Shown in pieces: positions 1-10,196 of a stretch of 64,000 nucleotides of DNA. Positions within the stretch are counted from its first letter, which is position 1; each line of letters begins with the position of its first letter. A program made the position numbers and the translations under genes. The notes below the pieces were generated by a model. That model ran no database searches, was not told the DNA's origin, and saw only the letters and a list, made by a program, of their open reading frames with translations. Source of the stretch: Candidatus Iainarchaeum sp. (GTDB taxonomy: Archaea; Iainarchaeota; Iainarchaeia; Iainarchaeales; JAGVWC01); the NCBI GenBank assembly GCA_018304465.1, contig JAGVWC010000009.1, forward strand, positions 32,001 through 96,000, given 5' to 3'.

Positions 1-653
1 GTTTTTTGAGCGCCTTTTAGCACCGCGAGTTCCATTCCTTCGACATCAATTTTAATCAAAGAAATGGGGCTTGATAATCGCAAGTGGAAAAGGATGTCAT
101 CTAAGGGTCGTACGGGTACTTCTTTGGATTGGGATAATTGTATTTTTTTTTCGTGTTCCATTAATTCTTTGCTTGAAGGGTCCGCCGTAGCCAGCGGAGA
201 AAAGGCGTGTTCAAAAAAAATTGTTTTTTTTTCTTCTTTGTCCGAAAGTCCCATTTTAATAATCAATAATTGGTCCGAAACAGGCGAGTCAGAAAACGCG
301 GTCTCTACAAGGTCTGCAACTGTCGGATTGATTTCAAACGCAATAGCGGGTTGATGCGTGGTGTTGACGTAAAAAGCAGAAAAAAAAGCGAGATTGGATC
401 CGATATCAAGAAAAGTTCCTTGGGGAAGTGAAAAAAAATCAAATTCCGTAAACCACGAAGGACTGAAATCAGTCGCATGATCATGAAGAAAACCTAAAAA
501 AGTGCGATGATGATTGACTGGGATCCAAAAGTGGGATTGGTACAGCTTTTGTTTTCGAAGGGATCCATTGGCGAGCAAGGCTGGAAGTTGAAACATCAAC
601 AGGGCTTTGTCGGTAGCGGTGCGGGCATACGAAAGGTATTGAGAAATGGTCAT
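1..653 (-). CDS. FkbM-family methyltransferase (3' end outside window)
   Basis: Hand translation from ATG at 653 gives FLDIGSN...IAFEINP...LIKIDVEGMELAVLKGA; absent from the ORF track because it runs off the edge. Confidence 0.85.
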   Translation of the reverse strand, partial: MTISQYLSYARTATDKALLMFQLPALLANGSLRKQKLYQSHFWIPVNHHRTFLGFLHDHATDFSPSWFTEFDFFSLPQGTFLDIGSNLAFFSAFYVNTTHQPAIAFEINPTVADLVETAFSDSPVSDQLLIIKMGLSDKEEKKTIFFEHAFSPLATADPSSKELMEHEKKIQLSQSKEVPVRPLDDILFHLRLSSPISLIKIDVEGMELAVLKGAQK

Positions 654-675
654 AACAGTTTTATCACCAGAGCAC

Positions 676-1734
676 CTAAAAAACCTTTTTTGAAAACCCG
701 TTTTGACTCAAGTGGGTTTCAAGAAGCGTTTGGAGTTTTTCCTGAAAAGGTGTAAAGGAAAAAATTTTTTCGATTTCTAAAAACGAAGCCTGCGGGGGAG
801 TCAGTGCATCGGTTACTGCTTTTTTGAAATTGGATAATTGAGGGTTTGTCACGACTTTACAGTAGGGGTGCGAAATTTCTTTTGCGATCCCAAACGGGGT
901 GGTGACAACAGGCGTGTGAGTGGCTAATGACTCAATCGTAACAAACCCAAAACTTTCAAATCGGCTTGGAAACAAAACCACGTCAGCGGCCGCGTAGTAT
1001 TCTCCCAGCACAGCAGGAGATACTGGTTCGCGAGCATCAATCCATTTGGAAGTAGCTTTAGGGAAAGTAATTGAAATAAAGTGCCAGTCGGTTTCTTTGG
1101 CCAGTGCTTCGACACGATCAAATCCTTTGTAGTATTCCGGTCGCCCCACAAACAATACGATTCGTTCGTCTTCTTTTACCCCGATTTTCTTTCGGGCTTT
1201 TCGTTTGTCACGAGGATGAAAAAAATTGGAATCGGCAGGCGGATGAATTACTTGCGAATCCAATCTATAATCAGTTTTCAATAATTCTCGGCAAAAATTT
1301 GAATTGGAAACCAGAAGGTCAGCGTTTGAAAAACTTTTCTTTTCAAACCACGCATAGGCGTATTCACATCGAAGACGATTAAATCCCCACGGCATCGCGT
1401 TTTTGGCCAGCGATTTCCAGGTTCCATGCACGAGTCCGATTTTTAAAAAAGGTGTTTTTTTGGGAAGTGCCCATCCGTAAAGACCGTTGTAGAAAACGAC
1501 TTCAGGGTCAAGTTCGGCTAAACGCTCGTTCAGTTGATTAGCCACTATTTTGGCTTTGTAGGGTTCGGATAGAAAAGGCCATGAAATGGAATCCGAGAAC
1601 GGAGTAAAATAAATGGTTTGAAGGCCATCCAAGGCATTCGATAGCAACTGAGAATAGCGTTCGACACCCGCCGGCACGGATTCAAAGGGTTGACCGGTGA
1701 GTAGCACCGCAGAAAAGCGCTTTTTTGAAGACAT
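676..1734 (-). CDS. GT4 glycosyltransferase
   Basis: LFVGRPEYYKG and FPSRFESFGFVTIESLA motifs. Confidence 0.9.
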   Translation of the reverse strand: MSSKKRFSAVLLTGQPFESVPAGVERYSQLLSNALDGLQTIYFTPFSDSISWPFLSEPYKAKIVANQLNERLAELDPEVVFYNGLYGWALPKKTPFLKIGLVHGTWKSLAKNAMPWGFNRLRCEYAYAWFEKKSFSNADLLVSNSNFCRELLKTDYRLDSQVIHPPADSNFFHPRDKRKARKKIGVKEDERIVLFVGRPEYYKGFDRVEALAKETDWHFISITFPKATSKWIDAREPVSPAVLGEYYAAADVVLFPSRFESFGFVTIESLATHTPVVTTPFGIAKEISHPYCKVVTNPQLSNFKKAVTDALTPPQASFLEIEKIFSFTPFQEKLQTLLETHLSQNGFSKKVF

Positions 1735-1962
1735 GGGGATATTCCTTTAGTTTGACCACAGCAAATCCAATAACTTCCACATAATTTAAGATGCTATAAA
1801 AGATCATTTCGTTTGAATAATAAAAGGCTTTTGGGTCAGCAAAAATCAGAATAAGAATAAAAGTATGATGGTTGTGTTTTTTATTGAAACTAAATAAGGA
1901 ATACTTCCGAAAAATAAATTTTAATTTGCATTTCTTCATGAATTGTTTCCAAAGTGTTGACA

Positions 1963-2745
1963 ATGGAATTCCATCATTTTAAACGAACGTTTCGAAAAAT
2001 AAAAAAGACCCCGTCTTCAATCATCGGGATGTTTTCGCCGCGAAAAATTTCAATGGCCGTTTCATATATGTTTGAAATGAGCGAATACGAATTTGTTCAT
2101 CGTTTGACCGGTTGTTCGGAAAAAAAATTTTTTCGTCTTTTGGAAGAACTGAATTCTCAGAAAAAATTTTTCAATGCATTGGATAAAAAGCATAAAAAAT
2201 ATCTCAAAGATTCGATTTGGGAGCGTTTTCAGCCGTGGTTTCGCATCCTGTACATATTGATTCGGATCCAAAAACCCGAAAAAATGGTGGAAACGGGAAC
2301 TTTTTCAGGTTTGTCCACTTCAATTATTTTGCTTGCGATGAAAAAAAATCGCGGGGGACATTTGTACTCAATCGACCTTCCGATTCGGAATCCCAAAAAG
2401 GCCAAAAAAGACTGGATTTTAGAACCGCTTCCACCGGGAACTCATCCGGGATTTGCTATTCCGAATGTGTTGCGTAGTCGATGGGAATTAATCGAAGGAG
2501 ACAGTGGAAAAAATTTGCCTAAGTTGCTGGAAAAACTGGGGGAAATCGAAATTTTTTTCCACGATTCGGATCATTCATATGACCATATGATGATGGAATT
2601 TGGAACGGCCTGGCCATACATTAAATCCCGCGGACTATTACTGGCGGACAATGTGGATTGGAACCAGTCATTTAAAGATTTTGGTAAAAAGGTCGGGCAC
2701 AAACAAAATCAAAAATTTGGTTTTGGCGGAATTCTGAAACACTAA
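1963..2745 (+). CDS. Class I SAM-dependent methyltransferase (Methyltransf_24-like)
   Basis: VETGTFSGLST, LYSIDLP, FFHDSDHSY, LLADN motifs; start at second Met inferred. Confidence 0.85.
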   Translation: MEFHHFKRTFRKIKKTPSSIIGMFSPRKISMAVSYMFEMSEYEFVHRLTGCSEKKFFRLLEELNSQKKFFNALDKKHKKYLKDSIWERFQPWFRILYILIRIQKPEKMVETGTFSGLSTSIILLAMKKNRGGHLYSIDLPIRNPKKAKKDWILEPLPPGTHPGFAIPNVLRSRWELIEGDSGKNLPKLLEKLGEIEIFFHDSDHSYDHMMMEFGTAWPYIKSRGLLLADNVDWNQSFKDFGKKVGHKQNQKFGFGGILKH

Positions 2746-2755
2746 TTTTTCATGA

Positions 2756-3103
2756 TTACAATATCAACACCATGGCCATTGCATACTGGACGTCATGGGA
2801 AAGCGAACAAAAGATTGTTCTTTTTTTGAGTCCTGTTTTGTGAATTCGGATGGATGGAGACCCGTTTCGTAGAACAACTTCAATTTGGTTCCATGGAATT
2901 TGGGCTTGAACGCATTTTCGGACCGCTTCTTTGGCGCAGAATCGAGCGGCAAAATGTTGTCCGGGAACCGATTGGGCATTGCAATACCGGATCTCGGCCG
3001 CTGTAAAGACGCGCTGATAAAATCGTTTGTTTTTTGAAAATGGCCGCTGTTTGAATCGTCGCACTTGCTCAAAATCGATTCCGATTCCCTTCGGCTTTTT
3101 CAT
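2756..3103 (-). CDS. acpS: Holo-ACP synthase (AcpS-type phosphopantetheinyl transferase)
   Basis: GIGID, FAARFCAKEAVRK, SLSHD motifs; start MKKPKG inferred. Confidence 0.9.
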   Translation of the reverse strand: MKKPKGIGIDFEQVRRFKQRPFSKNKRFYQRVFTAAEIRYCNAQSVPGQHFAARFCAKEAVRKCVQAQIPWNQIEVVLRNGSPSIRIHKTGLKKRTIFCSLSHDVQYAMAMVLIL

Positions 3104-3125
3104 GCACAACACTTTGGACAAATTC

Positions 3126-3131
3126 TTTAAA
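3126..3131. promoter_or_regulatory. Palindromic TATA box (TTTAAA) probably shared by divergent acpS and ACP
   Basis: 22 nt from the acpS ATG and 23 nt from the ACP ATG. Confidence 0.5.
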
Positions 3132-3154
3132 ACACTACGTTACAGCAATCTTTC

Positions 3155-3379
3155 ATGCTCGAAAAGATCGAGAGTATTATCGCAAAGATTTTCGGAGCCA
3201 AAAATCCGCTTTCGAGATCCACTGTTCTTTCTTCGATTCCGTCTTGGGATTCATTGAATGCATTATTGTTGATCAGTGAGATTGAACAGGCGTTTGGGGT
3301 TACTTTTTCGGACCAAGAAATTTTATCGATTAAAACGATTGGCGATATTGAAGATTGCATTCGAAAAAAGAAAAGCTAA
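3155..3379 (+). CDS. Acyl carrier protein
   Basis: 74 aa; WDSL phosphopantetheine site and ISEIEQAFGV...TIGDI helices; lies between acpS and FkbH. Confidence 0.9.
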   Translation: MLEKIESIIAKIFGAKNPLSRSTVLSSIPSWDSLNALLLISEIEQAFGVTFSDQEILSIKTIGDIEDCIRKKKS

Positions 3380-5208
3380 GAAACGATTTTTATTTTTCCC
3401 GGAATTGCTTGTTTAAACTCGTTTTTTCCAAGTGAAAAAAACCAGTGCGAGTCTCCTTTAGAAGTTGTTTTTTCGTTTGAAAACCCCGCGTTTAAAAACA
3501 AGTCTTTGGAAACTTGGTTTTTTTCGGTTCGAAGATAACGTCCCCTCACCATTGCGGCTTTTTGGCGTTTCGCGTTTTCGAGGACATATTGTAAAAGCGC
3601 GTACTCTACTTTGCGGCCTAGTACCCGGCAACTGAGCAAAAAGGAATCAATATTCCATTCGTTTGGATTCGTTTTGTCCAAAATCAGGACGCCGACAATT
3701 CCGTTGTCTCCAAAGCGGTCTTTGACACGGATTGCCAGTATGTTCCACTTGGAGTTTTTTTGCATGTTTTCAATTTCAGCCACCGTATATCGTTTGGTCG
3801 TGAGATTAAACTGGTTGGTTTTGTGCACGAGTTGGGTGATGCGATCCAGGTTTTCGGGTTTTGCCGAAAACACCGTGATTTCTTGTTTTAATCCTTTTAA
3901 ATAAGCTTCGAGCGAACCGGCTTGTTCTTTGAATTCAGTTCTTTGGCGTTGTTTTTGGTACATTTCTTTTTTTTCCAGGTCTTCTTTGGTGATTGCGATT
4001 TTTTCAAAAAACGGTTGTTTGGATAAAAACAACCGGTATTCTTTGGGATCTTCGGGCATTTCTGGCACTGTGACCTGCGGCAGCATTGTGGCTACGAGGC
4101 CTCGTTCAATTGGGTTGTCATCGACAAACACCATGCTGTCGAGCCCGATGTTTAGTTCGTCGGCAATGGATTGGAGGTTTTGGGCTTTGTCCGTCCAGTT
4201 GATTCGAATCGAGGCAAAATCGCTTTTTTGGAGTACCATGTCAGAGTGTTTTTGAAACACTTCTTCGACGTCTTCCGGATTGTTTTTGCTATTGATCGCA
4301 AGCAAAATTCCGCGTTCGGTTAGTTGTTTTAGAAATTGTTGAAATTCAAAAAATTCTTTTCCGGCACTGGTTTTGCTGAGTTTAATATGTTCTAAACCAT
4401 CTTCTCCGATAACGCCTCCCCAGAGCACATTGTCCAAATCCAAGACTACGCATTTTTTGGTTGTGCCCTTGAAGGCGCGCACGTATCGGTTTAATTGATT
4501 GGCAATAAACACCATGAAATCATAGGACCATCGGATGTCCCCGCGGTAATATAATCTTGGATCAAAGGCGCGTTCGCGTCCAAACACACTGGCCGCATAC
4601 TCAGTATCCAATACAAATACGTTTTTTACGTTGGAAAACGTTTTGGCCAGTTGTTGATTGGTTTTTTGAATGAGTTCTACTTGTCCCGAACTTTTGTTAT
4701 CCAAAATTCCAAGGGATAAGGGAAACGGAAGGCGAAAATTACTCACCAAAATTAAGGACCTGGTTTTTTGAACAAGCACTTCGACTAGTTGGCCTACGTC
4801 TTTAACGGCTTCTTGGCATTCTTTTTCTTTTTCCAAAACGGTTGTTTTCAAACTCCATTCAAAGCTTTTGGGAAGAATGGTTTGTCCATCCAGAGCCAAA
4901 AAAACGATTTCGGGGGAAAACGCGTATAGTTCGGAAGATGGATCCAAGATTTCTTTATGCACTTGGTTGTAAGGTCCAAAGTAAATCGTGGGGTTAAACC
5001 CTGCCAATCGACAAGCCAGGGAAAGCGGAATCTCCATGGGTCGAATCGTAAAATTGGACAATACTGCAATTTTGAGGGGTGGGAGAGAATTGGTTTCTTT
5101 TTGGAATTCGTGAAAAAGATCAGTGGTTTCAAGATACGTCAATGCATCGCGGTTCTTCAACAGGAGAAGATATTCCTCGAACAAGGTTTTGCGAAGGGTT
5201 TGGGTCAT
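3376..5208 (-). CDS. FkbH-like HAD-IIIC glyceryl-ACP transferase/phosphatase
   Basis: VLDLDNVLWGG, NSKNN, FVDDNPIER, KTNQFNLTT, DRFGDNG, FLLSCRV motifs. Confidence 0.93.
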   Translation of the reverse strand: MTQTLRKTLFEEYLLLLKNRDALTYLETTDLFHEFQKETNSLPPLKIAVLSNFTIRPMEIPLSLACRLAGFNPTIYFGPYNQVHKEILDPSSELYAFSPEIVFLALDGQTILPKSFEWSLKTTVLEKEKECQEAVKDVGQLVEVLVQKTRSLILVSNFRLPFPLSLGILDNKSSGQVELIQKTNQQLAKTFSNVKNVFVLDTEYAASVFGRERAFDPRLYYRGDIRWSYDFMVFIANQLNRYVRAFKGTTKKCVVLDLDNVLWGGVIGEDGLEHIKLSKTSAGKEFFEFQQFLKQLTERGILLAINSKNNPEDVEEVFQKHSDMVLQKSDFASIRINWTDKAQNLQSIADELNIGLDSMVFVDDNPIERGLVATMLPQVTVPEMPEDPKEYRLFLSKQPFFEKIAITKEDLEKKEMYQKQRQRTEFKEQAGSLEAYLKGLKQEITVFSAKPENLDRITQLVHKTNQFNLTTKRYTVAEIENMQKNSKWNILAIRVKDRFGDNGIVGVLILDKTNPNEWNIDSFLLSCRVLGRKVEYALLQYVLENAKRQKAAMVRGRYLRTEKNQVSKDLFLNAGFSNEKTTSKGDSHWFFSLGKNEFKQAIPGKIKIVS

Positions 5209-5951
5209 GGCATGATGCTCCCGCCGCTCACAACAATATTGGATCCGGTCAAATATTGGCTTTCATCACTTGCCAAAAAAACAATGGTTTGAGCAATTTC
5301 TTTTGGCGTAGCAATGCGTTTGAGCGGAATCTCTTGGGTTTTTTGGCGGAGGGTTTCTTCGGATAAATGAGCAATAGCATCGGTTTGGGTGATCCCAGGA
5401 GAAACCATGTTGACGCGGATTTGATAGGCGGCCAGTTCGCTCGCAAGTGATTTGGAGAGGCCCATTAAGGCGGATTTCGCCGAAACGTACGAACTCAACA
5501 TGACCGGGGGTTTTCCAAGGGCATAAGTGGAAAGAATATTAATAATACTCCCTTTTTTTTGTTGGATCATAGAGGGCAGCACGCTTTGGATACAGTAAAA
5601 GGATCCACCCAAATGTACCGTAATATCTTTTTGGACATCGCTCCATTCAAGTGTTTGAAAACGTTTGGGAAGAATGGGACCGCTGGCATTATTCACGAGC
5701 ACGTCAATGGATTTGAACCGATTCAAGGCTTGTTGAACCATAGAGTGTACTGCGTTGGGGTCCGTTACATCGGCTTGGATGGCAATGGCGTGGGAACCAA
5801 GTTCTTTGGCGAGTTTTAATGCATTGGCGGAATCCGAGTTATAATTAATGATGACTTTGGCGCCTTCAGATACACATAAACGACAAATTTCGCTTCCGAT
5901 GCCGCCGCTTCCGCCGGTTACCAGCACTACTTTGTTTTTGAGTCGCTCCAT
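5205..5951 (-). CDS. FabG-like SDR ketoreductase
   Basis: TGGSGGIG, LVNNA, YVSAK, VNMVSPG; 4-nt overlap with FkbH. Confidence 0.9.
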   Translation of the reverse strand: MERLKNKVVLVTGGSGGIGSEICRLCVSEGAKVIINYNSDSANALKLAKELGSHAIAIQADVTDPNAVHSMVQQALNRFKSIDVLVNNASGPILPKRFQTLEWSDVQKDITVHLGGSFYCIQSVLPSMIQQKKGSIINILSTYALGKPPVMLSSYVSAKSALMGLSKSLASELAAYQIRVNMVSPGITQTDAIAHLSEETLRQKTQEIPLKRIATPKEIAQTIVFLASDESQYLTGSNIVVSGGSIMP

Positions 5952-5955
5952 GGAT

Positions 5956-6387
5956 TCACCTCAATACCTTGACTTTGGCAACCCCGTCCACCAGAATTTC
6001 TTCTTTTGCATTTCGGGCTTGGGTTTGGATGGTTAAAATGCGCGTTGAATCGGATTTTGCAATGACGGTTCCTTGAATCGTGAGTCGAGAAGGAAGAAAG
6101 ACGGGTTTTCGAAAAACGCTTTCCTGAGAAAGATACAGGCAATATTTTCCTGGAAGATGCATCCCAACCAATTGCGAAAAGAAAGCGTTGATAAGTGCTC
6201 CGTGACAAATAGGTTGCGAAAACTCGGTTTCTTTGGCATACGTTGGATCCATGTGAAGCGGGTTGTAATCCCCTGAAAGGCCTGCAAATTCTTTTACTGT
6301 TTGATGGTTAACCGTTACAGGAAAGGAAACATGGCTGCCGATTTGAATTTCGTCAAATACTTTTTCTTCGACCGAAGCCGCCTTCAT
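5956..6387 (-). CDS. MaoC-family hot-dog dehydratase
   Basis: FAGLSGDYNPLHMD...ICHG motif. Confidence 0.9.
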   Translation of the reverse strand: MKAASVEEKVFDEIQIGSHVSFPVTVNHQTVKEFAGLSGDYNPLHMDPTYAKETEFSQPICHGALINAFFSQLVGMHLPGKYCLYLSQESVFRKPVFLPSRLTIQGTVIAKSDSTRILTIQTQARNAKEEILVDGVAKVKVLR

Positions 6388-6935
6388 AAGGTTGACACCA
6401 CCCGTGCTGGATTTCCAAGTGCAACGGAATGAGGGGGAATACTCGAAGCCACAACGCTTCCTGCGCCGATGAGCGCGTATGGTCCAATGTGCACACCAGG
6501 TAAGATAATAGACCCGCTTCCGATGTATACATGGTCGTGAATTTGAATCGGGTCGCTGGTAATGGAGCGACCGGGAATAGCACAGGGTCGAAATGATGCG
6601 GATGGTTTGGCTGAGACTTTTGACATGGATTCGATTCCATGAGTTAAGAAGGTTACGTGGGGGGCAATATCCACATTGTTTCCGAGAATAATTTTTTCTT
6701 CAAGATCAAACATCGTGAGGTTTCCGATCACTACGTCATTTCCAATCTCTAGATTTTTGTAGGAATAGATTTGAAAAAAGCGTAATTCTCCCATCACAAC
6801 GTTGGATCCGATTCGGCATCCAATTAATCGAAATAAAAAAGTTCGAATGGGGGGAAGCAAAATGATCCTCTGAATTCGGTCAAAAATGAGGAAAAAAAAG
6901 AGGACTATGCGACTTGGCTTTTGAGTCATGAACAC
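6384..6935 (-). CDS. Hexapeptide-repeat acyltransferase
   Basis: VYIGSGSIILPGVHIGPYALIGAGSVV...GNPARV; 4-nt overlap with MaoC. Confidence 0.88.
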   Translation of the reverse strand: MFMTQKPSRIVLFFFLIFDRIQRIILLPPIRTFLFRLIGCRIGSNVVMGELRFFQIYSYKNLEIGNDVVIGNLTMFDLEEKIILGNNVDIAPHVTFLTHGIESMSKVSAKPSASFRPCAIPGRSITSDPIQIHDHVYIGSGSIILPGVHIGPYALIGAGSVVASSIPPHSVALGNPARVVSTL

Positions 6936-6970
6936 CTAAACAACTATGTAAAGATATGGTATATATTTTT

Positions 6971-7927
6971 TTAGTTACGGTGTCCGGGTGGGGAAAAGAT
7001 CCCTTTTAATGAAAATGAACGTAGGTATTGAGAAATAGTTGGGTAATATAGGACGAAAAACAACCCGCTCGTCGCCTGGTTGATAATCAAGACAATGGTT
7101 AAAGCCAGCAAGGAAATTTCAACAGGGATCGAAATCAAGGTATACAAATATACCAGACTCCCTTCCTTTAGTCCGATGCCACTGGGAGTAATGGGAATAT
7201 ACCCAATCAAAAGCGATGCGATACTTAGAATGACAAACGGAATAATGGGCGGAGAGAGCCCAAACCCCAAGAAGACAATGTAAAGCGTCATACTTGCGAT
7301 AACAAGTCGAAGAATGCTTAGAACCAGATTCAAAAGAATTCTTTTTTTTTCGAATAGATACAATTGAATGGTTTTTCCGAATCCTTCCAACAGCGGTTTT
7401 TCAGTGGGAAAAAAACGCTGAATAACTTTTCGCACCAATACGCGTCCCGTAGGGGTGAGACTAAAAAAAGATAAAATCATTAATCCCGCGATTCCAAGCA
7501 AAAGCATAACGAGGGTATTTTCTAAGAAAAACGCTACGGATAACGCCACAAAAATCAAAACTGCCACCAGTGAAATCAGTTTGTCCAAAAATACCATCGC
7601 GCTGGTGCTTCCTAGGCGTGCGCCTTTTTTTTCCAAAAAAGTCGCTACAAATAGTTCACCTAAATGACCAGGCAGGAAAGCATTGATTGCAAAAAGGAGA
7701 TTGGACAGCGTTACGGATTCTTTGAAAGAAATTTTCAATACGGGTTGTGCAAAAAAATATAGATTCAATCCCGAAACAAGGAAAGTGAACGCGATAGGAA
7801 TAAGAGTCAATAAGAGAAAAACGAAATTAAAACGAGAAAACGCGGCAATAATTTTTTCAGGTCCGACGGTCAAATAAAGAATACTCAGAATCAGGAGTCC
7901 GATTCCAATTCCGATTCTTTTGTCCAT
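6971..7927 (-). CDS. UPF0104 flippase-like membrane protein
   Basis: Multi-TM; PGHLGE and PITPSGIGLKE motifs. Confidence 0.85.
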   Translation of the reverse strand: MDKRIGIGIGLLILSILYLTVGPEKIIAAFSRFNFVFLLLTLIPIAFTFLVSGLNLYFFAQPVLKISFKESVTLSNLLFAINAFLPGHLGELFVATFLEKKGARLGSTSAMVFLDKLISLVAVLIFVALSVAFFLENTLVMLLLGIAGLMILSFFSLTPTGRVLVRKVIQRFFPTEKPLLEGFGKTIQLYLFEKKRILLNLVLSILRLVIASMTLYIVFLGFGLSPPIIPFVILSIASLLIGYIPITPSGIGLKEGSLVYLYTLISIPVEISLLALTIVLIINQATSGLFFVLYYPTISQYLRSFSLKGIFSPPGHRN

Positions 7928-7959
7928 ACAGATCCATTAAACATTTGAAAGAAAAAGGG

Positions 7960-9069
7960 TTAGTTTTGTGAAAAAAAGTTTCGAACGACTTGAATGACAT
8001 AGTCAATTTGTGCGCGTGTAATTCCCGCACCACTAGGCAATGACACTCCACTCGAGCTAATTTCTTCGGAAACAGGAAACGATTCGGAAGAGTGGTACGG
8101 TGGAAGTTGACTCAAGGGATAAAATACACGACGCGAATCAATTCCGTGTCTTTTTAGGACATTCATAAACGAATCACGATGAGGTACCTTGATCGTGGTC
8201 ATCCACCATACGCTTTCTGAGTTTTTTGGGGATTGTTGAAATTCAATTGAAGAAATATCCGAAAGACCGTTCAGATAGGCTTTGTACACTTCTTTTTTTT
8301 GTTGAATAATTTTTTGGATTCCTTCCAATTGTCCCAATCCAAATCCGGCTTGTAAAGCGGTCATTCGATAGTTGAACGCAATTTCGGGATGCCAGTATTG
8401 TTGCTCGGGAATCATTCCGTGGTTTTTCAAAAAATTAACCCGGTCGATTAATTGAGAATTGTTCGATACGACCATTCCGCCTTCGCCCGTCGTAATGATT
8501 TTGTTTCCAAAAAAGCTGAATGCGCTCAAGTCTCCGAATCCGCCCACGGTTTTTCCTTCAAAGCGGGCGCCGTGTGCTTCCGCCGCATCTTCGATGAGAG
8601 GCAGCTGGTGGGTTTTGGCAATTTTGGTTAATGCCGACATGTCACACGGAGCACCATATAGATGAACACACACAATTGCTTTGGTTTTATCCGTTATTTT
8701 TTCTTCGATTTTTTTTGGGTCCAAGTTCCAGGTTTTTGGATCCACATCGACAAACACGGGTTTGGCCCCTAAATATGCCGCGGCATTGGCGGTTGCAATA
8801 AACGACAAATTCGGCATCAAAACTTCGTCGTCTTTTTGGATTCCGACCGCGTGGTACGCCAAATGCAAGGCGGCAGTTCCATTCGAAACCGAAGTTGCGT
8901 ATCGGGTTCCCACAAATTGCGCGAATGCATCTTCAAAGCGTTTGACAAACGGGCCTTTGGAGGAAACCCATTTGGTTCGAATGGCTTCGGTTACGTATTT
9001 TTCTTCGTTACCGCAAAGGATGGTATCGGCAATGGGAATGAATTCGTGGACTTCTTTTTGTAAGGTCAT
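7960..9069 (-). CDS. DegT/DnrJ/EryC1/StrS NDP-sugar aminotransferase (perosamine synthase-like)
   Basis: SNGTAALHLA, IEDAAEAHG, FSFFGNKIITTGEGG; start MTLQKE inferred. Confidence 0.93.
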   Translation of the reverse strand: MTLQKEVHEFIPIADTILCGNEEKYVTEAIRTKWVSSKGPFVKRFEDAFAQFVGTRYATSVSNGTAALHLAYHAVGIQKDDEVLMPNLSFIATANAAAYLGAKPVFVDVDPKTWNLDPKKIEEKITDKTKAIVCVHLYGAPCDMSALTKIAKTHQLPLIEDAAEAHGARFEGKTVGGFGDLSAFSFFGNKIITTGEGGMVVSNNSQLIDRVNFLKNHGMIPEQQYWHPEIAFNYRMTALQAGFGLGQLEGIQKIIQQKKEVYKAYLNGLSDISSIEFQQSPKNSESVWWMTTIKVPHRDSFMNVLKRHGIDSRRVFYPLSQLPPYHSSESFPVSEEISSSGVSLPSGAGITRAQIDYVIQVVRNFFSQN

Positions 9070-9076
9070 TTTTTCC

Positions 9077-10066
9077 TCATTGGACGAGCGATTTTTGTTT
9101 GGCTGCTTCCCATGGCCATTTTTGATCATTCTCGTTGAAATAGTCCACGGTTTTTTGCAGTCCTTCTTCAAAGGATACTTTGGGTTCCCAGCCGGTTAGT
9201 TTATGGAGTTTGAAATAACTGGCTTGGAGTTGTTCAACATCGAGGGGTCGTAAGCGTCGTTGTTCAATGGAAATATCAATGGAATCATGACCCATGATGG
9301 CCGATATTTTTTCGGCGATTTCTTTGATGCTAAAATCGGTTCCATAGCCGCCGTTAAAGACTTGGCCCACGGCTTTGGGTTCTTTCATCAATGCGATCCC
9401 GGCTTTGGCGGCGTCAGTTACGTAAGTAAAGTCGCGGCGGGCATTGATATTTCCGAGTTTGAGCTTGTTCGATTTCGATAATTGTGAAATGAGTTCCGGG
9501 ATAATGTAAGGATGGGTTTCGCGGGGTCCAAAGCAATTGAATTGGCGCAAAATAATAACGGGCAGTTCTTGTTCGTAATGTAAGGTGTAACAGAGTCGAT
9601 CCGCAGCGGCTTTGGCCACTGCGTAGGTCGAATGCGGATTGATGGGATGGTGTTCGTCCATGGGAACTTGACGCGCGGTTCCATAGACTTCGCTCGTGGA
9701 CCATTGAATGATGCGTTCAACCCCGGTTTTTTTGGCTGCCAGCATGACATTTAATGCACCGGTGGCGTTGATGTCAAAAAAATCAAAGGGTTTGTCGTAA
9801 CAATCGGGAATATACGGCATGGCCGCGAGATTGAACACGTATTGGATATGATGATCCTTTAAAATCTGGGAAAACAGGGGACTTCGGATGTCTTCTTCAA
9901 TGATCGTGATTTCGTTTTTGATTTCTTCAAGGTTTTCGTGTAATCCGCTCATGAAATTGTCCAGTATCGTGACATTGGCGTTTACAGCCCGTAACTCTCG
10001 AACGAGGGTAGAACCGATAAATCCGGCGCCCCCCGTGACCATAACGTTTTTTCCAGATAAACTCAT
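9077..10066 (-). CDS. NDP-sugar 4,6-dehydratase (LegB-like extended SDR)
   Basis: TGGAGFIG, LAAMPYIP, STSEVYGTA, YAVAK. Confidence 0.85.
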   Translation of the reverse strand: MSLSGKNVMVTGGAGFIGSTLVRELRAVNANVTILDNFMSGLHENLEEIKNEITIIEEDIRSPLFSQILKDHHIQYVFNLAAMPYIPDCYDKPFDFFDINATGALNVMLAAKKTGVERIIQWSTSEVYGTARQVPMDEHHPINPHSTYAVAKAAADRLCYTLHYEQELPVIILRQFNCFGPRETHPYIIPELISQLSKSNKLKLGNINARRDFTYVTDAAKAGIALMKEPKAVGQVFNGGYGTDFSIKEIAEKISAIMGHDSIDISIEQRRLRPLDVEQLQASYFKLHKLTGWEPKVSFEEGLQKTVDYFNENDQKWPWEAAKQKSLVQ

Positions 10067-10196
10067 AACAATCCCCAAGTATTACTTCTTACTACTTTAT
10101 CCTACCTTTATGTTTTTATAAAGATTTTGGTGCGATCAAACCCCTTTTTCCGGTTTCGAATGCAAATTTAAATACTTTGACGGTTTTTTTGGATAG

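Noticed and set aside
3127-3360. 77-aa minus-strand ORF
   Set aside because: Antisense shadow of the ACP gene.
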